A stretch of DNA of 64,000 nt, from the NCBI GenBank assembly GCA_041537945.1, contig JBGOEK010000009.1, positions 15,099-79,098 of the forward strand, given 5' to 3'. The position numbers and the translations under genes are program-made. The notes beneath the pieces were generated by a model. That model searched no databases. It worked only from the letters and a program-made list of their open reading frames with translations, and was not told where the DNA came from. Source of the DNA: Candidatus Thermosaccharophagus yellowstonensis (GTDB lineage Bacteria; Armatimonadota; Fervidibacteria; Fervidibacterales; Thermosaccharophagaceae). Shown here one piece after another: positions 47,162-55,684 of this stretch (position 1 is the first letter of the stretch; each line of letters begins with the position of its first letter).

Positions 47162-48253
47162 ATGGGGAAGGTCAAGCTCGGCTTCGTCGGCGCTTGTGGG
47201 TTTATGGGGCAGACAACTCATTTGCATGCGTTCAGTTCATTAACGGATGAATGTGAGATCGTCGCTGTTGTAGGGAACAGGGAGAGGTTGCTAAACATCG
47301 TTTCGGACAGGTTCGGCATAAGGAAGCGATACAGGCGTTTGGAACAACTTTGTGAGGATGGAGAGGTTGATGCGGTTGTTGTCAGCTTACCACCTGAATG
47401 GAACTTGCCTGTGGTTTGCAAACTGCTCTCCTACGGCAAACATGTGATGTGCGAGAAGCCGATGGCGCTCTCGGTTGACGGCGCAAGGAAGATTGTGGAG
47501 GCTGTATCCGAGAGCGGGCGCATACTCATGGTTGCATACATGAAGCGATACGACCCTGGTGTCCAAGCGGCGTTGAGGCTGTTTGAGGGATGGAAGGCTA
47601 CAGATGAGATGGGCAATTTGCTTTATGCTCGCGTGCATTGCTTCATTGGTGGGCAATGGACTGCTGGGAGAGAACTCATAGCGCCGATAGCTCGCACCGA
47701 TGAACCGTATGGACAGATGCCAGAGAGGGAGCCACCGCCAAGTTGGCTCCCAGAGGAGCTGAGCCAAAACTTCTACGGACACCAAAACCCATACTACCAT
47801 TTCCTGCATGTGTATTGCCACGACATCAATTTGATGCGCTCCTTTTTGGGCGACGATTGGCGTGTTGTCGGTGTCAACTTGAGGCACGGTGTGCGTTTGG
47901 CTATGTTTGAGTTTTCGGGTGTGCCAGCACTGCTTGAGGTCGGCGGTCCAGTGAAGCACTACGGTTTTGATGAGCACATGGAGCTTTATTTTGAGCGTGG
48001 TTCCATGCGCATTGAGACGCCACCACCGTTGCTTGCGCAAGTCCCAGCCAATGTTATTGTGCGAGATGGCGTGAAGCGTCAGACGCTCAACTTGCATGCA
48101 GATTGGGATTGGTCTTTCAGGAGGCAGGCTATGCACTTCCTTGAATGCGTTCGCGAGGGGAGACAACCACTAACGAACGCCAAAGATGCGCTAAGTGATG
48201 TTGAGGTTGTAGAGACGCTCTTCAAAGCTCATCTTGGCATTCGGAGTGATTGA
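47162..48253 (+). CDS. Gfo/Idh/MocA-family NAD(P)-dependent oxidoreductase
   Basis: 363 aa. N-terminal Rossmann 'KLGFVGACGFMGQ' and the conserved 'HVMCEKPMA' (EKP motif). Starts 15 nt after alaS. Confidence 0.8.
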   Translation: MGKVKLGFVGACGFMGQTTHLHAFSSLTDECEIVAVVGNRERLLNIVSDRFGIRKRYRRLEQLCEDGEVDAVVVSLPPEWNLPVVCKLLSYGKHVMCEKPMALSVDGARKIVEAVSESGRILMVAYMKRYDPGVQAALRLFEGWKATDEMGNLLYARVHCFIGGQWTAGRELIAPIARTDEPYGQMPEREPPPSWLPEELSQNFYGHQNPYYHFLHVYCHDINLMRSFLGDDWRVVGVNLRHGVRLAMFEFSGVPALLEVGGPVKHYGFDEHMELYFERGSMRIETPPPLLAQVPANVIVRDGVKRQTLNLHADWDWSFRRQAMHFLECVREGRQPLTNAKDALSDVEVVETLFKAHLGIRSD

Positions 48254-48255
48254 GG

Positions 48256-49005
48256 ATGCCGACACACATCTCAATTGCTGGCAAAGGTGGGACTGGCAAG
48301 ACGACGCTTGCAGCTCTTCTCATAAGGTGGCTTGTGGAGCAAGGCAAATGTCCGATACTCGCCATCGATGCTGACCCGAACTCAAACCTGAGCGAATCGC
48401 TCGGCATGGAAGTTAACGGCTACATCGCTGACATACTTTCGAGGGTGCGCACTGCGAGCCCATCGCCAGCTATACCGAAACAGCGCATGGTTGAATATCA
48501 ACTGCACGAGGTTTTGAGCGAGGGCGACTGCGTTGACCTCTTAGCTATGGGTGGACCTGAAGGACCTGGATGCTACTGCGCTGCTAATGAGATGTTGAGG
48601 GATTTCATCGAGCGACTGCGCTCAAGCTACGCCTACTTGGTGATGGATAACGAGGCTGGCATGGAGCATCTCAGCAGGCGTGTGGCGCAGGATGTGGACA
48701 TAATGCTTGTGACGAGTGATGCAACTGTTAAGGGAGTCCGTTCGGCTGGAAGACTTGCGAGGTTGGCTAAGTCGCTTGAGCTGAAGGTCGGAAAGATTTA
48801 CCTTGTCCTGAACAGGGCAAGCGAGGAGCAGGCACACATGCTTTCCAGTGAGGTCGAGAAAACGGGCTTGGAACTCATCGGAGTCATACCAGAGGATGAG
48901 CTGGTGGCTAAATACGACATTGAAGGGAAACCGCTCTTTGAGCTTCCCAGCGATAGCCCTGCATATGTGGCTGTCTGCAAGATAGCCGAGAGGTTGCTCC
49001 TTTAA
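48256..49005 (+). CDS. CooC/AcsF-like P-loop ATPase (MinD/ParA superfamily, CxC metal motif), paralogue 1
   Basis: About 249 aa. Deviant Walker A 'IAGKGGTGKTT', 'AIDADPNSNL' and the CxC motif in 'GPGCYCAANEML'. ATG at 48256; the track TTG at 48250 overlaps the upstream stop. Confidence 0.65.
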   Translation: MPTHISIAGKGGTGKTTLAALLIRWLVEQGKCPILAIDADPNSNLSESLGMEVNGYIADILSRVRTASPSPAIPKQRMVEYQLHEVLSEGDCVDLLAMGGPEGPGCYCAANEMLRDFIERLRSSYAYLVMDNEAGMEHLSRRVAQDVDIMLVTSDATVKGVRSAGRLARLAKSLELKVGKIYLVLNRASEEQAHMLSSEVEKTGLELIGVIPEDELVAKYDIEGKPLFELPSDSPAYVAVCKIAERLLL

Positions 49006-49112
49006 AGTCACTGTGAAGGCTTTCAGTGCTAAACCCACCTGTGCATAGCTTGTGCTCTTGTAGCCTGCTATTTTTGCGTGTGCCGATTGATGTGTTTGGG
49101 GGTGAACTTCAA

Positions 49113-51065
49113 ATGTTGGAGCATAGGTGGCGCATACGCTTCCTACCGGAGGGCGTTTCGGTTTTCGTTGATGAGGATACATCGCTTCTGTCGGCTGCGA
49201 AGGAGGCTGGGATTGAGATCACGAGCGTTTGCGGTGGTGAAGGCGTTTGTGGGAAATGCGTTGTGCGCATACTCTCTGGCGATTCACATATGACGAGCAA
49301 AGTGAGCTCCTTGAGCGAGGAACTTCGCTCCGAGGGTTATACGCTCAGTTGTCAGACATTCCCGCGAAGCGACATGGTCATTGAAGTGCCCGTCGAATCT
49401 CGCCTCTCGTTTGCTGAGGAAGCCATAAGGCACATCGAGCTTGAAGTGCCAGAGCATGAAGTTGGTTTTGATGTTTATGCGTATAGTCCGATGGCGATGA
49501 AACTGCGCTTGAAGCTTCGCCCACCATCGTTGAGCGACAACGCGAGCGACCTTACAAGGTTGCTAAGCGCTATAAGGCAATCACTCAACAACATACAGCA
49601 TGAAGGTGGAGCGACTGCGCTAAGTGTGCAACGCCCTATAACCATAAGCATGAGCGCACTGAGACAGCTACCGAGCACTCTTAGGGAGGGCAATTGGGAA
49701 GTTACAGCAACGCTTGTCAGGCGCTCCGATCAGTGGGAGGTTGTGAAGGTTTGCGCTGGCATGGACGAGAAACATGTTTATGGCGCAGCAATCGATGTTG
49801 GAACAACTACGGTGGCAGTTTACATCGTTGACTTGGAGAGCGGTGAGACAGTCCAGCGTTTGGCGAAGTATAACGAACAGTTCATCTTCGGTGAGGATGT
49901 GATAAGCAGGATAGCGTATGCCTCACGCAGTGAAGATGCCCTGCATCAGCTACAGGAGGCGGTCATCAGGACTATTAACTCGCTTTTAAGGCATGCTACA
50001 TCTTCGCTCCGCATATCAAGCGATGACATAGCGTGTGCGGTCGTTGCGGGCAACACCGTCATGACCCACCTTTTGCTCGGCATAGATCCAACTCACATAC
50101 GAATTGAGCCGTATATACCTACGGCGACATTTTTCCCACCGCTCAGGGCTAAGGAGATAGGGCTTGAGATAAACCAAGATGGCTATGTGTTTGTCTTCCC
50201 TTGCGTTGCGAGCTATGTCGGTGGTGATATTGTCGCTGGTGTTCTCGTTAGCGGTTTGGGGCTGAAGGAGGAACTCGGTTTGCTCATTGACATGGGCACG
50301 AACGGCGAGATGGTTCTCGGCAATAAGGATTTCATGGTCACATGCGCTTGCTCAATCGGACCAGCTTTTGAAGGTAGCGGGATCACATGTGGTATGCGCT
50401 CCGTGCGCGGGGCTATATCAGCACTTCAAATTGACCCGAAGACGATGCGTGTGGACTTTGAAACGATAGGTGGCGCAAAGCCGATTGGCATATGTGGCTC
50501 TGGTCTTGTGGATGTTATTGCTGAGTTGCGCAGGGCTGGCGTCATTGACATGTCTGGGAACATGAACGATCAACTTGAGTGCGACAGGTTGAGGCGCTTC
50601 GACGAGGAATTGGAGTTCGTGCTTGTTTGGAGCGACGAGGCTGGCTCAAAGCGTGACATAACGATAACGCAAGCCGACATCAAAAATTTGATTCGCTCAA
50701 AGGCTGCCGTCTATGCTGCACTGCGCTGTATGCTCAATTTGCTCGGGCTGAGTGTAGCGCAAATAGAGCGCGTGTATGTAGCTGGGGCTTTCGGAAGCCA
50801 TCTAAATGTGCGGAGGGCGATCGAGATAGGTTTGCTACCTGACTTGCCACAGGATGTGTTTGTGGTGCTCGGGAATACTTCGGTCAAGGGAGCACGCTTG
50901 GCATTGCTTTCTCAAACTGCATTTGATGACGCACATAGCTTGGCAGCGCGCATGACATATGTTGAGCTTTCCGTTGAGCCATCATACATGAGCGAGTTCA
51001 TCTCGGCGAACTTCATTCCACATACCGATTTAAGCCAGTTCCCTTCTGTGACCGGCGCAGGTTGA
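49113..51065 (+). CDS. RACo/RACE-like protein: N-terminal plant-type [2Fe-2S] ferredoxin domain plus ASKHA ATPase (DUF4445-type)
   Basis: About 650 aa. Ferredoxin motif 'CGGEGVCGKCVVRILSG...LSCQT'. ASKHA phosphate motifs 'AAIDVGTTTVAVYIV' and 'IDMGTNGEMVLG'. Adenosine motif 'GICGSGLVDVIAEL'. ATG at 49113 after GGGGGTGA. The track start at 49026 is an upstream extension. Confidence 0.75.
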   Translation: MLEHRWRIRFLPEGVSVFVDEDTSLLSAAKEAGIEITSVCGGEGVCGKCVVRILSGDSHMTSKVSSLSEELRSEGYTLSCQTFPRSDMVIEVPVESRLSFAEEAIRHIELEVPEHEVGFDVYAYSPMAMKLRLKLRPPSLSDNASDLTRLLSAIRQSLNNIQHEGGATALSVQRPITISMSALRQLPSTLREGNWEVTATLVRRSDQWEVVKVCAGMDEKHVYGAAIDVGTTTVAVYIVDLESGETVQRLAKYNEQFIFGEDVISRIAYASRSEDALHQLQEAVIRTINSLLRHATSSLRISSDDIACAVVAGNTVMTHLLLGIDPTHIRIEPYIPTATFFPPLRAKEIGLEINQDGYVFVFPCVASYVGGDIVAGVLVSGLGLKEELGLLIDMGTNGEMVLGNKDFMVTCACSIGPAFEGSGITCGMRSVRGAISALQIDPKTMRVDFETIGGAKPIGICGSGLVDVIAELRRAGVIDMSGNMNDQLECDRLRRFDEELEFVLVWSDEAGSKRDITITQADIKNLIRSKAAVYAALRCMLNLLGLSVAQIERVYVAGAFGSHLNVRRAIEIGLLPDLPQDVFVVLGNTSVKGARLALLSQTAFDDAHSLAARMTYVELSVEPSYMSEFISANFIPHTDLSQFPSVTGAG

Positions 51066-51093
51066 CGATGCTTTCAAGCGATCGGGGGTGAAC

Positions 51094-51882
51094 ATGATGA
51101 AGCTCGCCATATCGGGCAAGGGCGGTGTCGGGAAGACGACGCTTACAGCTGCACTGTCAAGGCTTTTCGCATCGCGTGGCTACACTGTCTATGCCGTTGA
51201 TGCAGACCCAGATGCGAACCTCGGGTTAGCCCTCGGCTTCCCTGTAGAGGAGATTGATTCGCTCACACCGCTCGCCGAGCTCAAAGAGCTCATAACTGAG
51301 CGCACTGGCGGTGCAGGACCTTATTTCCTTCTCAACCCGAAGGTTGACGATGTGCTTGAGAAGTTCGTCATCTCACGCGAAGGGATAAAGCTAATGCGCA
51401 TGGGGACTGTTAAGAAGGCTGCGTCCGAGTGCTACTGCCGTGAGAACGCTTTCTTGCAAGCCGTTGTGCGTGGGCTACTCATTGACAGAGACGAGGTCGT
51501 GATAATGGACATGACAGCGGGCATTGAACACTTGACGAGGGGCACTGCCATGTTCGTCAACATGATGCTCGTCCTGACGGAGCCAACGCAGATAAGCCTG
51601 CGCACAGCTTTGACCACTTGCGCACTCGCACTGCAGATGGGCATCAAGGATGTCGCAGTTGTTGGAAACAAGGTGAGGGGAGAGGAGGACAGAAGAGCAA
51701 TAGCCTCTTTTGTTGAGGGAGCAAACTTAAGAGAGCAAGTCAAGGTGCTTGGCTGTATCCCGTTTGATGAGGCTGTGTTTGGCAGGGCAATAACAAGTGC
51801 TCCAACGAGTGAGGAGATCGCCTCCTCACCTTTTTGGAAGGCTGTCAATGAAATCTTTGAAGCGCTCTCCAGAATGCATTGA
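51094..51882 (+). CDS. CooC/AcsF-like P-loop ATPase (CxC metal motif), paralogue 2
   Basis: About 262 aa. 'ISGKGGVGKTT', 'AVDADPDANL' and CxC in 'ASECYCRENAFL'. Start is at ATG 51094 or 51097, after GGGGGTG. Confidence 0.7.
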   Translation: MMKLAISGKGGVGKTTLTAALSRLFASRGYTVYAVDADPDANLGLALGFPVEEIDSLTPLAELKELITERTGGAGPYFLLNPKVDDVLEKFVISREGIKLMRMGTVKKAASECYCRENAFLQAVVRGLLIDRDEVVIMDMTAGIEHLTRGTAMFVNMMLVLTEPTQISLRTALTTCALALQMGIKDVAVVGNKVRGEEDRRAIASFVEGANLREQVKVLGCIPFDEAVFGRAITSAPTSEEIASSPFWKAVNEIFEALSRMH

Positions 51883-51918
51883 CAGTCGTTCAAAAGCTAA
51901 ACAACAAAATGCGACCCG

Positions 51919-52620
51919 TTGCGACATCAGCGATTGACGAGGTGGCTTTGCTTGATAGGGCTAAGATGCTTCAAAGCGAAGCGGTGGCTTGGAACGGTAG
52001 CGTTCGCCATCGCTATCGCCTCCCTGCTCATACTCCAAAAGAGCGAAAGAAACATCCGACACAGCTTTGCGGGAAAAAGTTATGCTACAGTGGCTAAGGT
52101 CGTTGACGGCGACACCATCCGTCTCCTTGATGGGCGCATCGTCAGATACATAGGCATTGATGCACCAGAGATAGGCGAGCCGTTTTACAGGGAAGCAAGG
52201 GCAGTAAACAGCAAGCTCGTGTTCAAAAAGAAAGTCAGGCTTGAGTTTGACATCCAAAAGTTTGACAGGCATGGGAGAGTGCTCGCTTATGTCTATGTTG
52301 ATAGTGGCAAAGGGGAGGTGTTCGTTAACGCGGAGCTTGTGAGGCTTGGCTATGCCACAGCATACACAGTGCCACCGAATGTGAAGTATGCGAAACTTTT
52401 CATCAAGCTACAGCGTGAGGCAATCAAAAACGGGCGAGGGCTCTGGCGTGAAAAGGCGAGAGTGAAGGGGAAGTATGTGGGGAACAGGCGCACGCTCATC
52501 TTCCACAAGTCTACATGTCCGTATGCTCGGGAGATAGCGCCCTCAAACAGGATATTCTTTGACAGCCCTGTGGAGGCTTTCAAAGCCGGCTACAGCCGAT
52601 GCAAAAAATGCAACCCATGA
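51919..52620 (+). CDS. Membrane-anchored thermonuclease (SNase-like) with C-terminal Ada-type zinc-binding motif
   Basis: 233 aa. TM 'WLGTVAFAIAIASLLIL'. SNase core 'VVDGDTIRLLDGRIVRYIGIDAPE...DRHGRVLAYVYV...NAELVRLGYA'. C-terminal 'FHKSTCPYAREIAPSNRIFFDSPVEAFKAGYSRCKKCNP'. Start codon uncertain (TTG). Confidence 0.7.
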   Translation: MRHQRLTRWLCLIGLRCFKAKRWLGTVAFAIAIASLLILQKSERNIRHSFAGKSYATVAKVVDGDTIRLLDGRIVRYIGIDAPEIGEPFYREARAVNSKLVFKKKVRLEFDIQKFDRHGRVLAYVYVDSGKGEVFVNAELVRLGYATAYTVPPNVKYAKLFIKLQREAIKNGRGLWREKARVKGKYVGNRRTLIFHKSTCPYAREIAPSNRIFFDSPVEAFKAGYSRCKKCNP

Positions 52621-52813
52621 CGAGTGCTAAGCTATTTTGTGTTTTCCGATTTCCATGTGGCATTCAAAGTAGTGGCGATCGGTTCCGATGGGCAACTTGA
52701 GCAGACGAAAGCTTGTCTTGAAGGGGCTTCCCATGAAGCTAATCATCAAACTGCGGAGTCTCCCCGTGCAAGGGAGTGACGGTGGCGAGATGACAAGGGG
52801 AAGAAACTTGGCT

Positions 52814-53749
52814 ATGGTGACGGTGCGCTGTGCAGCGAAGGTGAACCTCTTCCTTGACATATTGGGCAAACGGGAAGATGGCTATCACGAGATAGTTAGC
52901 GTGATGTGCTCTGTAGATGTTCGTGACACACTCGTTGTGACACCCCTTCCGTTATCGGAAGGCTTCAAGATCACGGTGAGCGGCGCTGAGATACCGACTG
53001 GCAAGGAGAACACCATCTGGAAAGCAGCTGAAGCTCTCTCAGCTTTTGCCAACACCCAAGTGTGCGCGTTCGTTAGGCTATACAAACAGATACCAGTTGC
53101 AGCGGGGCTCGGTGGCGGTAGCTCAAACGCAGCTGGTGCTATTGTGGCTTTGAACAAGCTTTTTGGGTTGGGCTTGAAGAGGCACGAGTTGTTTGAGGTG
53201 GCAAAATCGGTTGGAGCTGATGTCCCATTCTTCCTCCTCGGTGGCTTCGCACTCGTCAAAGGGATTGGAGATTTGCTCACACCGCTCGATGTGAGGACGC
53301 AACTTTGGATGTTGCTTGTAAAACCCCCAGGCAGTGTTCCGACTGCGTGGGCGTATAAGGTTTGGGACGCAAAAGGAAAACAAGAGCACCGTGACCCGAC
53401 ACCGTTGATTGAAGCCCTTCAAAACGGTGACTTGATCAAGGTAGGTCAGCACTTATACAATGCCTTTGAAGCGGTTGTGTCAGAGACGCACACCGAAATA
53501 AGCTACATCAAATCGCTACTCAAGAACACAAACCCATTGGGCGTCGTGATGAGTGGGAGCGGTCCGACGCTTGTCGCTCTTTTTGGGAGCGAGAAGGACG
53601 CAAGGAGAGCAAAGGAGATTATGCACGAGGAGTTGAAGCGAAGTTATGAGGGGAGTAGCATCCTACCGAACGAGGCATCGTTGAGTAGCAAGGTGTGGAT
53701 GGCTGTAGCCTCAACAACGAAGAAGAGCTTGCTTGTGCGCTTCACTTAG
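52814..53749 (+). CDS. ispE: 4-diphosphocytidyl-2-C-methyl-D-erythritol kinase
   Basis: 'AKVNLFLDILGKREDGYHEI', 'KQIPVAAGLGGGSSNAAGAI', 'VMSGSGPTLVALF'. Start at ATG 52814 (alternative 52790). The track start at 52688 is probably an extension. About 40 extra C-terminal residues. Confidence 0.85.
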   Translation: MVTVRCAAKVNLFLDILGKREDGYHEIVSVMCSVDVRDTLVVTPLPLSEGFKITVSGAEIPTGKENTIWKAAEALSAFANTQVCAFVRLYKQIPVAAGLGGGSSNAAGAIVALNKLFGLGLKRHELFEVAKSVGADVPFFLLGGFALVKGIGDLLTPLDVRTQLWMLLVKPPGSVPTAWAYKVWDAKGKQEHRDPTPLIEALQNGDLIKVGQHLYNAFEAVVSETHTEISYIKSLLKNTNPLGVVMSGSGPTLVALFGSEKDARRAKEIMHEELKRSYEGSSILPNEASLSSKVWMAVASTTKKSLLVRFT

Positions 53750-53758
53750 AGGTGCTCA

Positions 53759-54754
53759 ATGATGACGGCTCACAGCGCAACAGCTCATGAAAGGTTGGCG
53801 GAACTCGTCGACTCGCTTGAGGTTGGTGGTGAAGGGCATAGCAAAGCCGTTTCAAGGTGGGCTACCCTGATAGCGATTGAAATGGGGTTGCCAAGCCAAG
53901 CCGTGCGTGTGGTTGAGGTTGCTGGGTTGCTCCATGATGTTGGGAAGATAGAACTGCCAAAGGAACTGCTCAACAAGCCCAGCAGGTTAACCAAAGACGA
54001 GTTTGAGCTCGTGAAACAGCATCCGATCATCGGGGCTCGCATGCTTATGGCTATGCCGTCGGTGAGTGAGGCTGAGAGCGCAGTTGAGCACCATCATGAG
54101 CGTTGGGATGGGCGTGGCTACCCGCATGGCAAGAGAGGTGCTGATATACCGATTGAAGGACGCATACTGGCAGCCTCGGAAGTGTTCTCGTCTATGACGC
54201 GTCCTTCACCATATCGCCAACCGATGACCATCTCCGAAGCGCTTGATAGGTTGAAGTGGGCTTCTGGAGCACACCTTGACCCAGATGTTGTTGAAGCACT
54301 GCACAAAGTCATACAGCGTTCCATACCATCGCGCATGCTAAGTCAACGCTTGAGCAAGCCACTTGAGATCGTCATCGCCTCCGAGGTCTCGAAGCTCAAG
54401 AAGGCGTTCGTGGGCTTGATACAGCAACTGCTCTGGGCAACAAAAGAGTTGCTCGGGGAACGCTTGATGCCAACCTTCATCGGCAAGCTTAACGAGGCTT
54501 TAAGGGAAGATGGGTTGCCAATAGCATTTGATGGAGCGCTGGTCAAGGATTTGACGCCTTGGGTGGTTGGGTTGGAAGAGCGTGTGAACCTGTATAGGAG
54601 TGCATTGCAACATGTATCGCTCATGCTCTCAGCCATTTTTGGTGACACATTCACGAATCGCCTTGTGAGATCCGTAGCGAGCAACCTTCCCGAGAGCTTG
54701 CAAGAGACATGCTCTCAGTATGCCCTTCATCCAGCCTTAGCTGTTGTGAGGTGA
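53759..54754 (+). CDS. HD-GYP domain protein with uncharacterised ~140-aa C-terminal extension
   Basis: 331 aa. 'GLLHDVGKIELP', 'HHHERWDGRGYPHGKRGADIP', 'EVFSSMTRPSPYR'. ATG is preceded by AGAGGTG. The C-terminal region has no motif I recognise. Confidence 0.75.
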   Translation: MMTAHSATAHERLAELVDSLEVGGEGHSKAVSRWATLIAIEMGLPSQAVRVVEVAGLLHDVGKIELPKELLNKPSRLTKDEFELVKQHPIIGARMLMAMPSVSEAESAVEHHHERWDGRGYPHGKRGADIPIEGRILAASEVFSSMTRPSPYRQPMTISEALDRLKWASGAHLDPDVVEALHKVIQRSIPSRMLSQRLSKPLEIVIASEVSKLKKAFVGLIQQLLWATKELLGERLMPTFIGKLNEALREDGLPIAFDGALVKDLTPWVVGLEERVNLYRSALQHVSLMLSAIFGDTFTNRLVRSVASNLPESLQETCSQYALHPALAVVR

Positions 54755-54760
54755 AAGTGT

Positions 54761-55198
54761 GTGACAGCTTGGAGCATAACGGTTGGCGGGGTTACGATTG
54801 CCATCCTCTTCCTCTCAATCTTTGCAGCCATCATTTGCGTGGAGCTTTACCTGCTACTTAGCAGGGGCATCCTCGGGAGCATGTGGCGGACGCTCACATT
54901 GGCTGTAATTGTGTTTGCTCTCGCTGAGGTAGTCGCGTTCGGTGAGGCAGTTGGCTTGATAGGTGTTCATGGTCTTTCACAACTCTTAAGGGCTTTGTTT
55001 GTGTTGCTGTTGAGCCTCAGCTTCTGGCAACAGCACAAAGCCTTCGTGAAAGCCCTCAACTTGAGGAGTGAGAGTAGCGTCTTAAGGGCGATGCTTTTAA
55101 GCCTTAAGCGACGCCTCTTCAAGGTTGGCATCACGAGGCGCGCCGATTCAGCTTCAAGCCTCCAAAGTGAGCAGAACCATGTCGCTGAGCATCGTTGA
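54761..55198 (+). CDS. Small hypothetical membrane protein (3-4 TM helices)
   Basis: 145-aa ORF with a GTG start 6 nt after the HD-GYP gene. Hydrophobic helices include 'VTIAILFLSIFAAIICVELYLLL' and 'LTLAVIVFALAEVVAF'. No recognisable family. Confidence 0.4.
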   Translation: MTAWSITVGGVTIAILFLSIFAAIICVELYLLLSRGILGSMWRTLTLAVIVFALAEVVAFGEAVGLIGVHGLSQLLRALFVLLLSLSFWQQHKAFVKALNLRSESSVLRAMLLSLKRRLFKVGITRRADSASSLQSEQNHVAEHR

Positions 55199-55211
55199 GT
55201 GAGTAAATGCA

Positions 55212-55673
55212 TCATCTTCCATGCGCCAGCTTTGGCAGGTTGACGATGAGCAGTTTGTTTTGCTTATCCAAGAACGCTTCGCCACGCCTGAAATCAACAC
55301 CTTCTGGCAACCGCCTCATGTGGCGCATCTTCATCTCAACGATGAATGCGACCTTGTGTCTGCCGTCAATCAACGGGGGCGCAACCAATAATGTGCTTGA
55401 TGCCTCGACGGTTATTGCATGTTGCGAGGTAGTTATGTGAGTTGAGTTAAGCTCTCCACGCGGCATGGGGAAGCTGATTGTGATGTGGTCATCAAAGTTG
55501 TGGACTGCCACCGCATCCCTGATCCTTATTCGGCGTGCCCACGATTTAGGTGTGGAATGCTTTCCCTCGTCAAAGCTCTTTGTCCCTGTCAGCCTTCGCT
55601 TCAATGTGCCTAATGCCCTCATTAAGAGGTGAGCTAAGCCTATCCCGCCCTTTGAGTTACATCCCTTCCGCAA
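55212..55673 (-). CDS. Divergent Hsp20/alpha-crystallin-like protein (tentative)
   Basis: 153 aa. 'ITISFPMPRG', 'AITVEAS' and 'RRLPEGVDFRRGEAFLDKQNKLLIVNLPK' follow the alpha-crystallin-domain pattern. Lies 11 nt downstream of prfA. Start uncertain. Confidence 0.45.
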   Translation of the reverse strand: MRKGCNSKGGIGLAHLLMRALGTLKRRLTGTKSFDEGKHSTPKSWARRIRIRDAVAVHNFDDHITISFPMPRGELNSTHITTSQHAITVEASSTLLVAPPLIDGRHKVAFIVEMKMRHMRRLPEGVDFRRGEAFLDKQNKLLIVNLPKLAHGR

Positions 55674-55684
55674 TCCCTTCCACC

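Noticed and set aside
52627-52869. 80-aa minus-strand ORF in the nuclease-ispE gap, and the gap itself (52621-52813) as a possible small RNA.
   Set aside because: The ORF has no SD sequence, an odd composition, and overlaps the ispE start. I could not fold the gap into a tRNA, SRP or other recognisable RNA by eye. A covariance-model scan (Infernal/Rfam) would be needed to say more.
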